Origin: Paramoeba atlantica
Taxonomy: Eukaryota > Protista > Discosea
Direction of reading: 5' to 3'
Length of the DNA stretch: 64,000 nucleotides
Assembly: GCA_977017575.1 (NCBI GenBank)
Contig: CDRNVI010000062.1
Location: 76,250-140,249 of the forward strand
The notes under the pieces were generated by a model that was not told the DNA's origin, made no database searches, and saw only the letters and a program-made list of their open reading frames with translations. Positions 55,679 to 64,000 of this stretch are shown here, in pieces; the stretch's first letter is position 1; each line of letters opens with the position of its first letter. A program made the translations under genes and the position numbers.

Positions 55679-57408
55679 CTAATATCGAATCTTGTGCCCA
55701 TTGGCAGCAATACACACTTCTAGCCGTTTTTCGAACGTGCTGTGTAACTTCTTGGCCGTCACCCTGCCTTCAAGAGAGAGAAAATAACTTTGCGACACTC
55801 TTTTTATCTCCTCAGAAGTCCGAGGAAAGGTCTGGTTCTTTGCGTGTCGAATTCTTGCCCAAAAGTTCTCTATAGAATTCAAATCCGGGGAGTCTGCAGG
55901 CCATCTGAAAGGATTCTTGTCCCCTGAGTAGGGCATGTACCGCAAACATTGTGCGCAATGTCCGGAAGAGACATGCGCGTTCCACCACAGCTGAGTCTTC
56001 TCACTCGTGTGTGGAGAAGCCCCGTCATCCATGTAAACGGCGGTGGAGTTCAACTCACAGTATCGAGTCCACTCCGTATCGAGGATTTCGCGACGATAGT
56101 ATAGACTCCCCAATTTCAACTGATCAGGAAGCGTTTCGCGCTTTTCTCCAGGGCGCAGGGGGCGGCTTAGCTCGTTCGCATAGAAAGTAGAGAAATTGTC
56201 GCACCAGTGAAAGATAAAGGTTCCCTCTTTATCGATACCTCCCCATATCATGACCTTAATGGGATGGAAATCTCGGTTGCGCGCAACTCGATCATAATGA
56301 CTCTGCCAAGTAGACGTGGAAGAATCCCCTTCACAGATAAACGTTTCATCAGTAAAAACAAGGCTCTCAAAAAACTGTCCTTCCGTTCGTTCATTTTCCT
56401 GAAGCATCGCCTTACAAAAATTTACGCGGGCCTCCCGCTTCCGAGCACTGAGATGCAGTGTGCGTTTCTTTGACCCATATGAGTAATCATAGTAGTAATG
56501 CAACGCACGCATTCGATGACGTGAAACTTGGATGGATCCCTCGCTTAAGTTTACCATAGCCCTACGTAGGTAATTGAGGGATCGGTGTACCGGATGCTTT
56601 GCCATAACGCTGGCAAAAAGATCCTTGGCCTCTTCGGCGCTACTCCATCCCGATAGAGTTCGACGAACTTTCTCAACTTTTTGCACGCGCAGCGTAACAG
56701 TTATGGACTGGCCGTCAATTTTTCTAATCAAGCGACTACATGTTTGCTTGGGCAAAGTAAACATGTAGCAAAGATCCGCTTGACAGAACAAACCTGTTTG
56801 ATATAAACCTTTTAAAAGAAACAACCCAGACTCAGTTAAACTGCCAGGCTGTTTGAAAAGAACAGTTAAGTGGCGTTTTCGTTGATTTTTCTTTTTCGTC
56901 GGACGACCCCTTTTCTTTCCTACGTTTGGCTCTTTTTTCTCAAGCAGTGACGCGCTACGGACCTCAGTTAATAAATGAAGTGTTTTTTGCCTCTCGTTTG
57001 ATAAATTAGTGAAACGTGTTTTCAAATCCTGACACTCTGCGCGAGCTTTGCATTATCCTGCTTTAAAATTTGCACTTTTAGTTCCATTTCTGTTCTCCGC
57101 GTTTCGGCCTCCATGAAGTCCTCCGCACTCTTAGCTCCACGCTTCTCAAGAGTCCTAACCTTTCTTTTGGTCTTGCAGAGTTTATTACGCAGCCTCTTGA
57201 TAATTGCATCCTTGGCATTGATTTTTTTCTCCAAGGACTTCAATTGTTCGTCACTTGGATCTGAAATTAACTGTGTAACAGGTGCTTCCTTTTCAGGGGA
57301 CAAAGCGTCAAGGCTGGTGTCGTCATCAGCTCCGCGCGATACATCGGAGTGCAGACCCTTTATTTCCCCTACCGCTTCTAGAAGCTTTGCGTCTAACCCA
57401 GGCGACAA
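55679..57408 (-). mobile_element. IS630-Tc1-mariner transposase, DD51E, with coiled-coil/AT-hook N-terminus; one frameshift at about 57040
   Basis: 448 open codons with VFTDET, KVMIWGGI, YMDDGASPH and WPADSPDLNSIENFW; KKRGRPTKKK AT-hook; upstream ORF 57022-57408 is homologous to the coiled coil of 11554-12462. Confidence 0.9.
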
Positions 57409-57479
57409 TGGTCTATTTCCTTGGAATCGGCCTGGCGAAAAAGAAGGAACTGGCGAGCGGGCTGAACAGTGTACCCCGC

Positions 57480-57745
57480 GGCGGTACCAGTCTTATACTG
57501 CCGCCTGTACAATCTGGGCATTACCTTTCTGGATGGCCACCCCTATGGCCATCAGAAGGTGGGACATGCATCCGTTCTTGTGGATGTGTGGGCCCGGGCC
57601 ACCTTGGTTAGGAAGTTCAAGGTCTCTGGGCCCGGGATCCCGTACGTGGTGAAGGCCAAGGGGTAAAATTCCATCCCTCGGGCGGTCGCCATCTCATCGT
57701 GTGAGCGCCGCTTGTTGGCCTCGGCCATCCTCAGGGTTTCTTTTA
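57480..57745 (-). mobile_element. 3' end of a CRE-clade non-LTR retrotransposon (REL endonuclease C-terminus)
   Basis: AEANKRRSHDEMATARGMEFYPLAFTTYGIPGPETLNFLTKVARA, then after a frameshift LLMAIGVAIQKGNAQIV*; matches the E..K....F.P...T.G..G...QxGNA pattern. Confidence 0.75.
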
Positions 57746-57994
57746 AATTTCTATCAGATGCCTCAAAAATACGACCAGCTGCCCTTGGAAACTACACCCA
57801 TACGCAGTAGAGTGTCTCGCCCTAGGTGGAATTTTGGAAAAGTGTGCAAACTTCGTTCAATCTTGTGGGTTTAAAAATAATAAACCTCTATTTTTTGTGG
57901 AACTAAATTTTTTGCTCCCGCACCACAAAAACATAAATTAACGTAACTTTAATAAAAAAACTACGTACGAGCGCCAAGATCCGTCATAACTTTT

Positions 57995-58910
57995 TTATTC
58001 TCTTCGTTAAACGCGGTGGTTGTTTTCAACTTAGAAGTCACTCACGCTGCGCGCTTCGCGTTGAAAACTACCACCGCGTTTAACGAAGAGACTAAAAAAG
58101 AAAATTTAGCCTGGAAAGCTGAAGAAAACGGAAAGATTATAGCCAAAAATAGCCGATTTTCGGGTAAAAAAGGGGTCATTTTTGCGTATTTTTGCTCTCA
58201 GAGCACTAAATCCGATATTTGCGTGTGAGAAATCACTCTTAGGCGTGAATGAAAGCCTACTGAACGCATTGGGTAGAGAATGCGACTCAAACCACACCAT
58301 TCTTTGGCATAAAAAGACTCCTTGAGGTCCGAAAATTACATTTTCACCTTTTTTAGTCAAAAAAGGGTCTTTTTGAGGGGCGCACCACGGCTCGAAGAAT
58401 GGATATCTTGCGAAAACAACGGTGTGGACAGCTAGTATAGGGCACAAACTATAAAAATACAATAGGGCAAAGGATTTTGGAAAAATATTTTTTTTGCCAT
58501 TTTTTCCGCCAAGTTGAAATTTAAAAAAAAAAAATCCGAAAAAATCCGAACTTGGCGGACCCGTCCTGCGGATACGCGGGGGGGTCACCCCCGGGTAGGG
58601 GGGTGGAAAATGCGCGCCAAGACCCCGGTTACCCCTCTGCGGTTTTTGTTCGAAAAATATTTTTTACGAAAAAAATTGCTCGACCATGACCCCCCCTGGA
58701 CTCCCCATTTTTTTCAATTTTTTTTTCAGTTTTGGACCACCGGACCCCCTTTTATATTTTTTTCTTCTATTATAAATTCTTTTTTTTATGATAAATTCTT
58801 TTATTACTGTGTTCCTCTTTATACACTGTATACACTGTATTTCTTTATACACTGTATTTTCACTGTTTTTGTTCACTTTTTTTCAATAATCGAAGGTACA
58901 GGGGTAGTTG
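57995..58910. repeat. Inverted homologue of 52600-53310, including the hairpin at 58000-58090
   Basis: Shared CAGTTTTGGACCACCGG, CACTGTTTTTGTTCAC and hairpin sequences in opposite orientation. Confidence 0.65.
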
Positions 58911-59172
58911 TACCATTTCACCTGTACATGCAGGCGTGTTTCCTTTTTTCTGTGTTTGTGCGGGTGAATTAAATTTATATCTACGATATGTTTTGGTACA
59001 ATTTGAGAGTAAGATTGGATTATTCATACTTGTTTGTTATTTATACTTGTTTGTTTATTCATATATGTTTTCATGTATATGTTTCCAGGGAGCCCCTCGG
59101 CGTGAATTTCGATTTTGAATTTAATTTTTTTTTTGCCTGAATTCTGATTTTCCGCTTTCTTTCACATTTTTC

Positions 59173-60168
59173 ATGACAAACCAACAAGATCCCCTTAACG
59201 GAAACCCGGATGTCATGCTCCGTAGTTTTATTGCTCTTTTGGAGGCGACGACTTACCGAGAGCATAGGCGTGGCCCACTTGGGGACGCCCCAGCCACAGT
59301 TCAAGACCCCAGCCTTCTCAATCCTGCGCTCTGGCGTGACGTACCTTTACGTCCAGTTTGTACTCAGTGTCCTGCGTTCAACTGCGTGAAGCGTTGGAGT
59401 AGTGTCGCAGATATCCCCCTTGGTGCGGACGCCGAGGGTTGGATGCGGAATCACGGTTTTCTTTATCCCCCCTCTAGTCCGAAGCACGGTGTTGCGCGTA
59501 TGGTGGACGTTCCTGGAAAGTCCCATATGCAAATCTGCAACCACTGAGAGTCTGGCTCTCGAAATGCCTGCAGAATCAAGAAAGGCAAATTCGAATCATA
59601 CATTTCCATGCGCAGCCATCTCACTCCAAGTATTCTCTTACTCGTCTGGGACGACATCGCGAATCAGATGTGTACCATCCAGATTTGTCATAATAGAGGG
59701 GTGGGTCGCAGAACTGTGCAGGAGGTTCTGCACTCCGCGGCGGATGCAGCCCTTGCTCAAGAGCAGATGGAGCAATACGAATTTTCCCGAATTCAGGTTG
59801 ATGAAACCTGTATAGGGAAACGGAAATATCAGCGGGGGAGGCGACAGCGCAAACGGGGGTGGTGGTTTGCGACAGTGACCGAGATCCGAGGTCAAGAAAT
59901 GGGAAGAACCCATCGGAAGCTAGTGAAACGAAGAGATACGGAAACTCTTCACAACTTCATTCTTCCGCACTTGACAAGTGCGAGGGCTGTCGTGGTTAGC
60001 GACTGTTGGGGGATGTACACCACTTTGGGTGACTTTTGTCGCCACCACGCTGTGAATCACAGCGTGGAGTTTGTGAACTCCTAAGGGTACCACACGAACA
60101 CCGCTGAAGGGTCACATCGTATCATAAAGGACTGGGTGCGGAAACAGCACTACAATTTGAAGAAATAG
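59173..60168 (+). mobile_element. Merlin/IS1595-like transposase pseudogene, full length, two in-frame stops
   Basis: One frame from ATG 59173 to TAG 60166-60168 with TGA at 59545 and TAA at 60082; motifs IQVDETCIGKRKY, VVSDCWGMY, VNHS and HTNTAEG. Confidence 0.88.
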
Positions 60169-60857
60169 CACTACAATTGAAGAATAACTAACTTGAAGAC
60201 ACTTACATTCTTAGCCCTGAAATCAAAAAAAAGTCAAAAAATGAAAATGTATGGATAAATAGCTCTCTAGCCTTTGGACCAAGCAGGGGTTTCTATAGCA
60301 GGGGTTTCTATAGGTGGGTCGGTGGAGCGTCACATCAAGAAGCACTTAGGGCAGCTTCACAGATCGGAACAGGTTGCCAACACTCTATTTGTTGGGGCGC
60401 AAGCTTCGCCGTCTGTGGTTACTATTCCGCACGTTGGAGTTAAACTGTGCAAATCTCTTCGGATTCGTGGTCGGCGCCCTTAATGGCGGCAATCCAACCG
60501 CGGCCGATCAACGATCCCCAACAGAGTCCCCATCCGACTTCGCCCTCAGATAGTCAACAAGAGGCGTCGGTATGGGGATTAGGAAGCAGACCTCGTGGAA
60601 GGGCACTCTCACTCAGGTTACATTTTGACCTTGTGTGAGCGGAAGATCCGATTCCCCGTTCTGCGTATTCTACGATCGAAGCATGCCGAAGAAGTGACAA
60701 ATCAAATCATCAAGGGATTAAGAAAGAACATAATTTTTACTATCAGTTGTGACGATGAAACGGAAGTTTCAAAGCGCGAAAGAGCGAATGAAAATTGGGA
60801 TGTAAATCATTTTTCAGTGCTCCGTATCACTCGTGGAAAAAGGGGGCTGTGGAAAAT

Positions 60858-61327
60858 TCAAAAGTCAACAAGGTAAAGAAGAGGTACAGATGAGCTACGA
60901 AAGCCTCTCGAAGTGACGTGAGATTTTGAAGAAAGGCTTGGGGTAAGCAGAGCGTTTTTTGACGTAAGTTTACTTCGACTCCTAGAATAGTACTGCACCA
61001 AGAAGGCTAAGTGGTAACGACAAGGTCCGCACCTACACTGGCTGCGTTTGGTAAAAACATTGAAAATCTCGCTGCAATGTAACCTGATCTTTCGAAAATA
61101 AGTGTCCGTTGTCAATGAACGTCAGTAATCCGGCGTTACCACTGTATAAAACATTCGTTGCTGCGTGGGCAATTTTGACGGATGCATGTCAGCCCATTTG
61201 TAATGTGGTCCAACCGTGGGTGCGTCCTTTGATCCTGACTGTGAAATATGATTGCAATATCATCATACCCCATTTATAATTTCAAGACCGCACGGAGAGC
61301 GCGGTTAACGCCACCCGTATCCCCTCA
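60858..61327 (-). mobile_element. Relic of a TGAGGGG-family element: degenerate TIR plus a SWIM-like fragment
   Basis: AGACCGC...GCGGTTAACGCCACCCGTATCCCCTCA (61285-61327) matches the reverse complement of the 39944 end; CRCGPCRYHLAFL in ORF 60858-61115. Confidence 0.5.
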
Positions 61328-61968
61328 TTTTATTTGTTAAATGGTATGATTAGATTAAATTATATGATTAACCAAAGATGAACGGGCAAGGATGAGACCA
61401 ATTATTCTATGCGGGTTCAATGATTGAAACCAAAACATTGTTTTGGTAAATCAATGGGAAAATAAAACGATGATTCACTCTTCTACACTTTGATGTTATT
61501 CGAAAAATAGAAAAAAAGCACCAATTTAATAATTTTACCAGATACTAGTAAGCTTTTACTAGTAAGTCAGAGAACTACATTGTTGGAAAAATAGAGTACG
61601 ATTGTATTAATACTTTTTTTTCATTCATTATTCATGTAAATCTAGTGGCAGTTCATCGGTTCCCTATCACATGCGCATGTACATTGTATATCTAGATTTC
61701 TGCAATTGTTTTCGAAAAAAGCATAGGTACCGTATAAAAAACTAAAAATAATTGGAAAAATTAATTGCAGCTTACTCTTGAGCATACTTAGACTTCCAAT
61801 GTATTTACTTTAGAAAATCCACCTCCTCAATCTTGCACGATTATAAAAACCAAAAACAAAAAACGGATCCACAATTCATTTGTTCTCCAGCCTAATACGT
61901 TTGTATAATATCAGATGCATAGCCATTTCTAGAACAATTGGTTCTTATCGTCAAACAAATCGTAAAAA

Positions 61969-62472
61969 TTATTTCTTCTTCTCTACTAGCTTTTCAATGA
62001 ATGCCTTGCCCTTCTTACGGACCTGTGCTGCCTCAACTGAAAGTGCTTTGCGTTGAGCGGCTGACAACTTCTGGTATTTGGCAGATACTTTCTTTGCCGC
62101 CGCGCGGAAACAAGCTTTAGGATTCTTGTGGTTTCCCTTCTCCGCCTTGTATATCGCTGGCATGTTACGTTTCAGGAACAAGCTATAAGGAAGGTAGCGT
62201 GCGCTTTTCACTTGTGATACGAGCGCTTTCTTCTGTTTCAGATTCTCGGCAGCAATCTTATTCAAGGACTGGACTTGAGCTGGAGATAATTTTTTAAAAG
62301 CGGCATTTGCTCCAGCGAGATCTGGGGCTCCCTTTTTACCTTTGAGAAGCTTTGAGATAAATACATGCCGCGCACTTGTCGGGGCTGATTTTCCAGCCCA
62401 TGGCTTATTGATAACTTTACGACGAAGCTTTTCGATGTTCTTGGTGAGATTTGGAAGCGCACGAGAAAACAT
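61969..62472 (-). CDS. KAP-like tandem HMG-box protein, copy 6 (167 aa)
   Basis: Intact paralogue. Confidence 0.85.
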   Translation of the reverse strand: MFSRALPNLTKNIEKLRRKVINKPWAGKSAPTSARHVFISKLLKGKKGAPDLAGANAAFKKLSPAQVQSLNKIAAENLKQKKALVSQVKSARYLPYSLFLKRNMPAIYKAEKGNHKNPKACFRAAAKKVSAKYQKLSAAQRKALSVEAAQVRKKGKAFIEKLVEKKK

Positions 62473-62700
62473 TTTAGAGAAAACTATATATTTGAAGTAC
62501 TCTGAAATATTCTTTATGGCAATAGCTATTTTTTGACGATAAGAAACGTCGTTTTCTTACACGAGTGTTTTCTATGGTGCACGAGTGGCCGAAGGCCACA
62601 AGTGCGTGGTTAGGAAACACTCGCCACGTCGTTGAAATATTTTTTGATTTCAACAAATCTTATCCCCCAATTTTCTCTTTCCCCTCTTTGAAGATTTCCT

Positions 62701-63099
62701 TTATTTCTTCCCCTTCCCACCCTTCATCTCCTTTCGCGCCTTAATTTCGGCACGAATCGCCGCGGCGGCGGCGCCTCTTTCGGGCTTTTTCGGCACCGCC
62801 TGCTTCATGGTGCGCAGCGTCTCGACGTCGGCCCCGACGAAGCCGCGCTGGACGACCTTTTTAGACTTCCGAGCCCGGCGCCGCGCGGTCTCCTCGGTCA
62901 TCCCTTTGCGGTTAATCCGGCGGTACATGCGGGTCCAGGGCACGTAGCGCGCGTTCTTCTTTCGCCGGTACAGCGTGGTGCAGCGGTTGGACGCGAAAGG
63001 GAGAACGGGCTTGGTGGAGACAAAGTTGGTCGCGACGAAACGAATCCCGTGCCCGGGGTGGACGGGGAGCCCGGAGAAGGTGCACTCCTCTTTACGCAT
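62701..63099 (-). CDS. RPL24: 60S ribosomal protein L24 (eL24)
   Basis: CTFSGLPVHPGHGIRFV...RKKNARYVPWTRMYRRINRKG...VQRGFVGA. Confidence 0.97.
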   Translation of the reverse strand: MRKEECTFSGLPVHPGHGIRFVATNFVSTKPVLPFASNRCTTLYRRKKNARYVPWTRMYRRINRKGMTEETARRRARKSKKVVQRGFVGADVETLRTMKQAVPKKPERGAAAAAIRAEIKARKEMKGGKGKK

Positions 63100-63300
63100 G
63101 TGTGGGGTGTAAAAAAGAGGTAAAAAAGTAAGACGGGGATAGAAGGAAAAGAAGAAAATAGAGGGAAAGGTATAAAAGAGGAAAGGAAAAAGATTGTGAT
63201 CTCTGTCTGTGGACGGAGACGAAGGGGTGGATAAAGTTTGGATGAAATATGTCGAAAAAGAGGTAAGGAAGGAGGTAATGCAGATTAGGAAATGTTAATG
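63100..63300 (-). promoter_or_regulatory. Polypyrimidine tract upstream of RPL24
   Basis: Long A/G tract on the + strand directly 5' of the ATG. Confidence 0.55.
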
Positions 63301-63621
63301 AAAGAGTGGATGTGGTGGATGCAGGGATACCCAATCAAAAAATAAATTCCACTCTTTGAAAGTTAATCTCCAGCCCGCACAAAATGAGTACCAAGACATA
63401 TTTTTCTAAATAGGTAGTGACTTTTCGCTATTGGGCCTGAAATGCCAACTCACAAGTCAACGAACGCTTTAAAAATAGCGACCTGTGTAGTTGAATCCTT
63501 TTAAATTTGAACATAAGACGGCCCCTTTTACTTATGAATTTAAAAAAAACCTAATCTTAAATAAAACCATCTTAGCCACGTCCACACACGGGGATCCATG
63601 GTCCGGGCGGACCACCACCCG

Positions 63622-64000
63622 TCACCCCTCCCCCCCTCTCGCCACCTTCCCCGCCGCGAGCGAGGCAATCTGCTTCCCCCCCTTCCCCCCCCCCGCCGTG
63701 GTCGACACCGCCTTCCGCACCACCCCCTCCAACTGGGCATGGGTGTAGAACGCCAACGGCTTCCTACACCCCTGCAGCAACCCCGGCACCGCCCCCTCCA
63801 CCACCTCCCGCACCCTCTCCCCCACCGCCTTCACCCTCCCCCCCTCCACGGTGTTCGTCCACAGCTGTACCGTAAACTGCCGTGGCCGTACCTTCAGCAC
63901 CACCCCGTTCACCGTGCGCCGCCCCCCGTCCAGGCCCTCCCCCACCACCGCCAGCACCACCGCCTCCCAGAGCTGGTCCAGGGCGGGGGGGCTCCCCCCC
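63622..64000 (-). CDS. EIF4E3: Cap-binding protein eIF4E, kinetoplastid eIF4E3-like; C-terminal part only, 5' end beyond the right edge
   Basis: LDQLWEAVVLAVVGE...TVNGVVLKVRPRQFTVQLW...FYTHAQL follows the eIF4E C-terminal fold; TVNGVVLKVR matches my recollection of trypanosomatid eIF4E3. Confidence 0.8.
   Translation of the reverse strand, partial: GGSPPALDQLWEAVVLAVVGEGLDGGRRTVNGVVLKVRPRQFTVQLWTNTVEGGRVKAVGERVREVVEGAVPGLLQGCRKPLAFYTHAQLEGVVRKAVSTTAGGGKGGKQIASLAAGKVARGGEG

Noticed and set aside
57020-57050. IS630-style programmed -1 frameshift between the coiled-coil ORF and the transposase
   Set aside because: The paralogue at 10531-12462 reads through this point in frame and is instead broken about 25 codons further on in the opposite direction, so both look like independent indels or sequencing errors.
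24941-60084. Blastocrithidia-like stop-codon reassignment, suggested by in-frame stops in otherwise open TE ORFs (24941 TGA, 28115 TAG, 52065 TAG, 59545 TGA, 60082 TAA)
   Set aside because: Long host genes have no internal stops, use TGG for Trp and end in TAA, TAG or TGA. The stops replace different expected residues (R, Y/F, W, E/Q), which fits ordinary nonsense mutation.
1-64000. Bacterial or contaminant origin suggested by IS-like transposases
   Set aside because: Eukaryotic ribosomal proteins, eIF4E and an SLC25 carrier flank the region on one strand, and the transposases match eukaryotic superfamilies.
1-64000. tRNA, rRNA, spliced-leader RNA genes and telomeric arrays
   Set aside because: I found no cloverleaf with a T-loop, rRNA signature, SL exon motif or (TTAGGG)n by eye; a covariance-model scan would be needed to exclude divergent ncRNAs.

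Overview
Eukaryotic nuclear DNA from a kinetoplastid. A prokinetoplastid (Perkinsela-like) lineage is my inference from the LRR family and transposon content. All recognisable host genes are intronless and on the minus strand, and the best-conserved ones have polypyrimidine tracts upstream, as expected of one trans-spliced polycistronic unit. In window order they are: a mitochondrial family-A DNA polymerase (3'-5' exonuclease part, runs off the left edge and is absent from the ORF track), RPS20, LRR genes and pseudogenes, an RPA-like OB-fold protein, the mitochondrial phosphate carrier, an NSUN2/Trm4 methyltransferase, RPL24 and an eIF4E3-like gene (runs off the right edge). Six intact paralogues of a 167-168 aa basic tandem-HMG-box protein resembling kinetoplast-associated proteins (KAPs) are scattered through the window; five are the only recognisable host genes between about 21.5 and 62.7 kb. 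The rest is dense, nested mobile DNA: Merlin/IS1595-like elements (one complete, with an 8-bp TSD and a fused SWIM finger), a complete two-ORF ISL2EU/Harbinger-like element plus a derivative, Tc1/mariner-superfamily transposases (one family has DD49E/DD51E spacing and a coiled-coil/AT-hook N-terminus), CRE-like, RTE-like and DIRS-like retroelement fragments, and many MITEs and foldbacks. All family calls come from manual motif recognition; no searches were run.
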